Of a stretch of 64,000 nucleotides of DNA, positions 63,003 to 64,000 are shown piece by piece; position 1 is the first letter of the stretch; the number at the start of each line of letters is the position of its first letter. The notes beneath the pieces were generated by a model. That model was not told the origin of the DNA. It searched no databases and worked only from the letters and a program-made list of their open reading frames with translations. The stretch is from a virus. The stretch spans positions 96,001 to 160,000 of IMG/VR virus record IMGVR_UViG_3300044729_001198; one strand, 5' to 3'. A program made the position numbers and the translations under genes.

Positions 63003-63010
63003 TATAAATA
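63003..63010 (-). promoter_or_regulatory. TATTTATA motif (putative late promoter)
   Basis: Ends 3 nt before the ATG at 62999. Confidence 0.55.
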
Positions 63011-63011
63011 T

Positions 63012-64000
63012 CTAAATACTTACCTTAACCATATCTTTGTAATTATCACCAACTTCTACTTCAGTAGGATATCCACCAATTTCCATTATAGACTTAATTG
63101 ATTTAATGTATTCAATACCATTATCAGGATGTACATCAAATAAAATTGAGTCATATGTGTATAGAACTGGCAAAGACCTCGACTCATGGAGTTTGGACAA
63201 TTTGTCGATTATAATTATGTTTCTTTCAGTCTCAACCGATTGTAGAATATAGTTAAATAGTTTATTTTTGTTTAAATCATCAGACCATACAATTTTTCTA
63301 TTTAATATAGGAGTCTCTACATAACCAATGGTTTTAAATTTACCCCACAAATATTCTATGTACTCTGATACTTTTTTGAAAAATGGAATGTGTATGTATT
63401 CTTCTTGAACACCCCCATATAATTGTCGGAATGTAATTGCTTTTGCAGTAGAATCGTCAACTCCATACTGATTAGCCAACCACTTATGAGCTTTTATATC
63501 CAATGGTATATCCACGTCAATTAATTTACCAATAAGTCTAATATGGTAACCATCAAAGTCTAACTGATATAGTTTACCATTTTCAAATCTTGATACAAAT
63601 CTCTTACGAGTGTCACCATCCTTTTTGAGAGCAGCATAGTTAATACCACCAAATGCGTTGGATGGTCGTGATGTGGTTGTTAAGAAGTTGTAGTTTGTAT
63701 ATTCAATACCATCTACAGTATTTATACCATTTTTTTCAATATAGAACAAAGACTTTGGATATAGCTGTGCAAATCTTGAAGTCGCATTTTGAGACCACAA
63801 GTTTTTCCATTTTAAGAACTCCTCATAGTGTTTCCAAATAGGAATGAGGTCGTTTGCCCTTGGAGCTTGTCTACGTCTGAATATTGTATATATAACACCT
63901 TCGTCTACTTCATAATCTTTAGCCGAATGAAACAATCCTGCCTCAAAGTCATATATATTAGAAGTATCACCTTTATAATGGTATAAAAAGTCTTTTAGTT
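63012..64000 (-). CDS. Family A DNA polymerase-like protein (5' end beyond the window)
   Basis: Motif A QLDFDGYHIRL, motif B AKAITFRQLYG, motif C LYTYDSILFD; the frame stays open from 63935 to the window edge. Confidence 0.75.
   Translation of the reverse strand, partial: LKDFLYHYKGDTSNIYDFEAGLFHSAKDYEVDEGVIYTIFRRRQAPRANDLIPIWKHYEEFLKWKNLWSQNATSRFAQLYPKSLFYIEKNGINTVDGIEYTNYNFLTTTSRPSNAFGGINYAALKKDGDTRKRFVSRFENGKLYQLDFDGYHIRLIGKLIDVDIPLDIKAHKWLANQYGVDDSTAKAITFRQLYGGVQEEYIHIPFFKKVSEYIEYLWGKFKTIGYVETPILNRKIVWSDDLNKNKLFNYILQSVETERNIIIIDKLSKLHESRSLPVLYTYDSILFDVHPDNGIEYIKSIKSIMEIGGYPTEVEVGDNYKDMVKVSI

Overview
This is a 64-kb segment of a large AT-rich, T4-like/jumbo dsDNA bacteriophage. All credible genes lie on the minus strand, densely packed and often translationally coupled. 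The host is most likely Bacteroidota: 12 intergenic promoters match or closely approximate the Bacteroidota TTTG-N19/20-TAnnTTTG consensus, and one gene carries a type IX secretion (T9SS) C-terminal sorting domain. In window order: (1) GroEL (partial), an HNH nuclease, GroES and small accessory genes including a sulfotransferase, a DUF6445-like protein, ClpS and HAD phosphatases; (2) probable internal-head proteins with L/I-x-E cleavage-type leaders, including an Ntn hydrolase; (3) an unusual cell-envelope operon (11.8-18.7 kb) with a CsgG-family lipoprotein, a second CsgG-like protein, a Gly/Ser-stalked beta-barrel, a T9SS-targeted cohesin/dockerin protein and a C-type-lectin/LamG/dockerin protein; (4) a lysis region with two different lysins and holin-like pairs, directly preceded by a membrane histidine kinase plus single-domain response regulator; (5) a ~13-kb glycan-biosynthesis island; (6) a T4-like replication module (clamp loader, clamp, PolB, RNR, helicase, RNase H, RecA/UvsX, SSB, and a partial PolA-like gene) interleaved with three Mom-like genes, a DUF4338-like gene, a glycosyltransferase and a restriction-like nuclease, suggesting DNA hypermodification. 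No tRNA, rRNA or CRISPR array was recognised. All family assignments come from visual motif recognition, not database searches.
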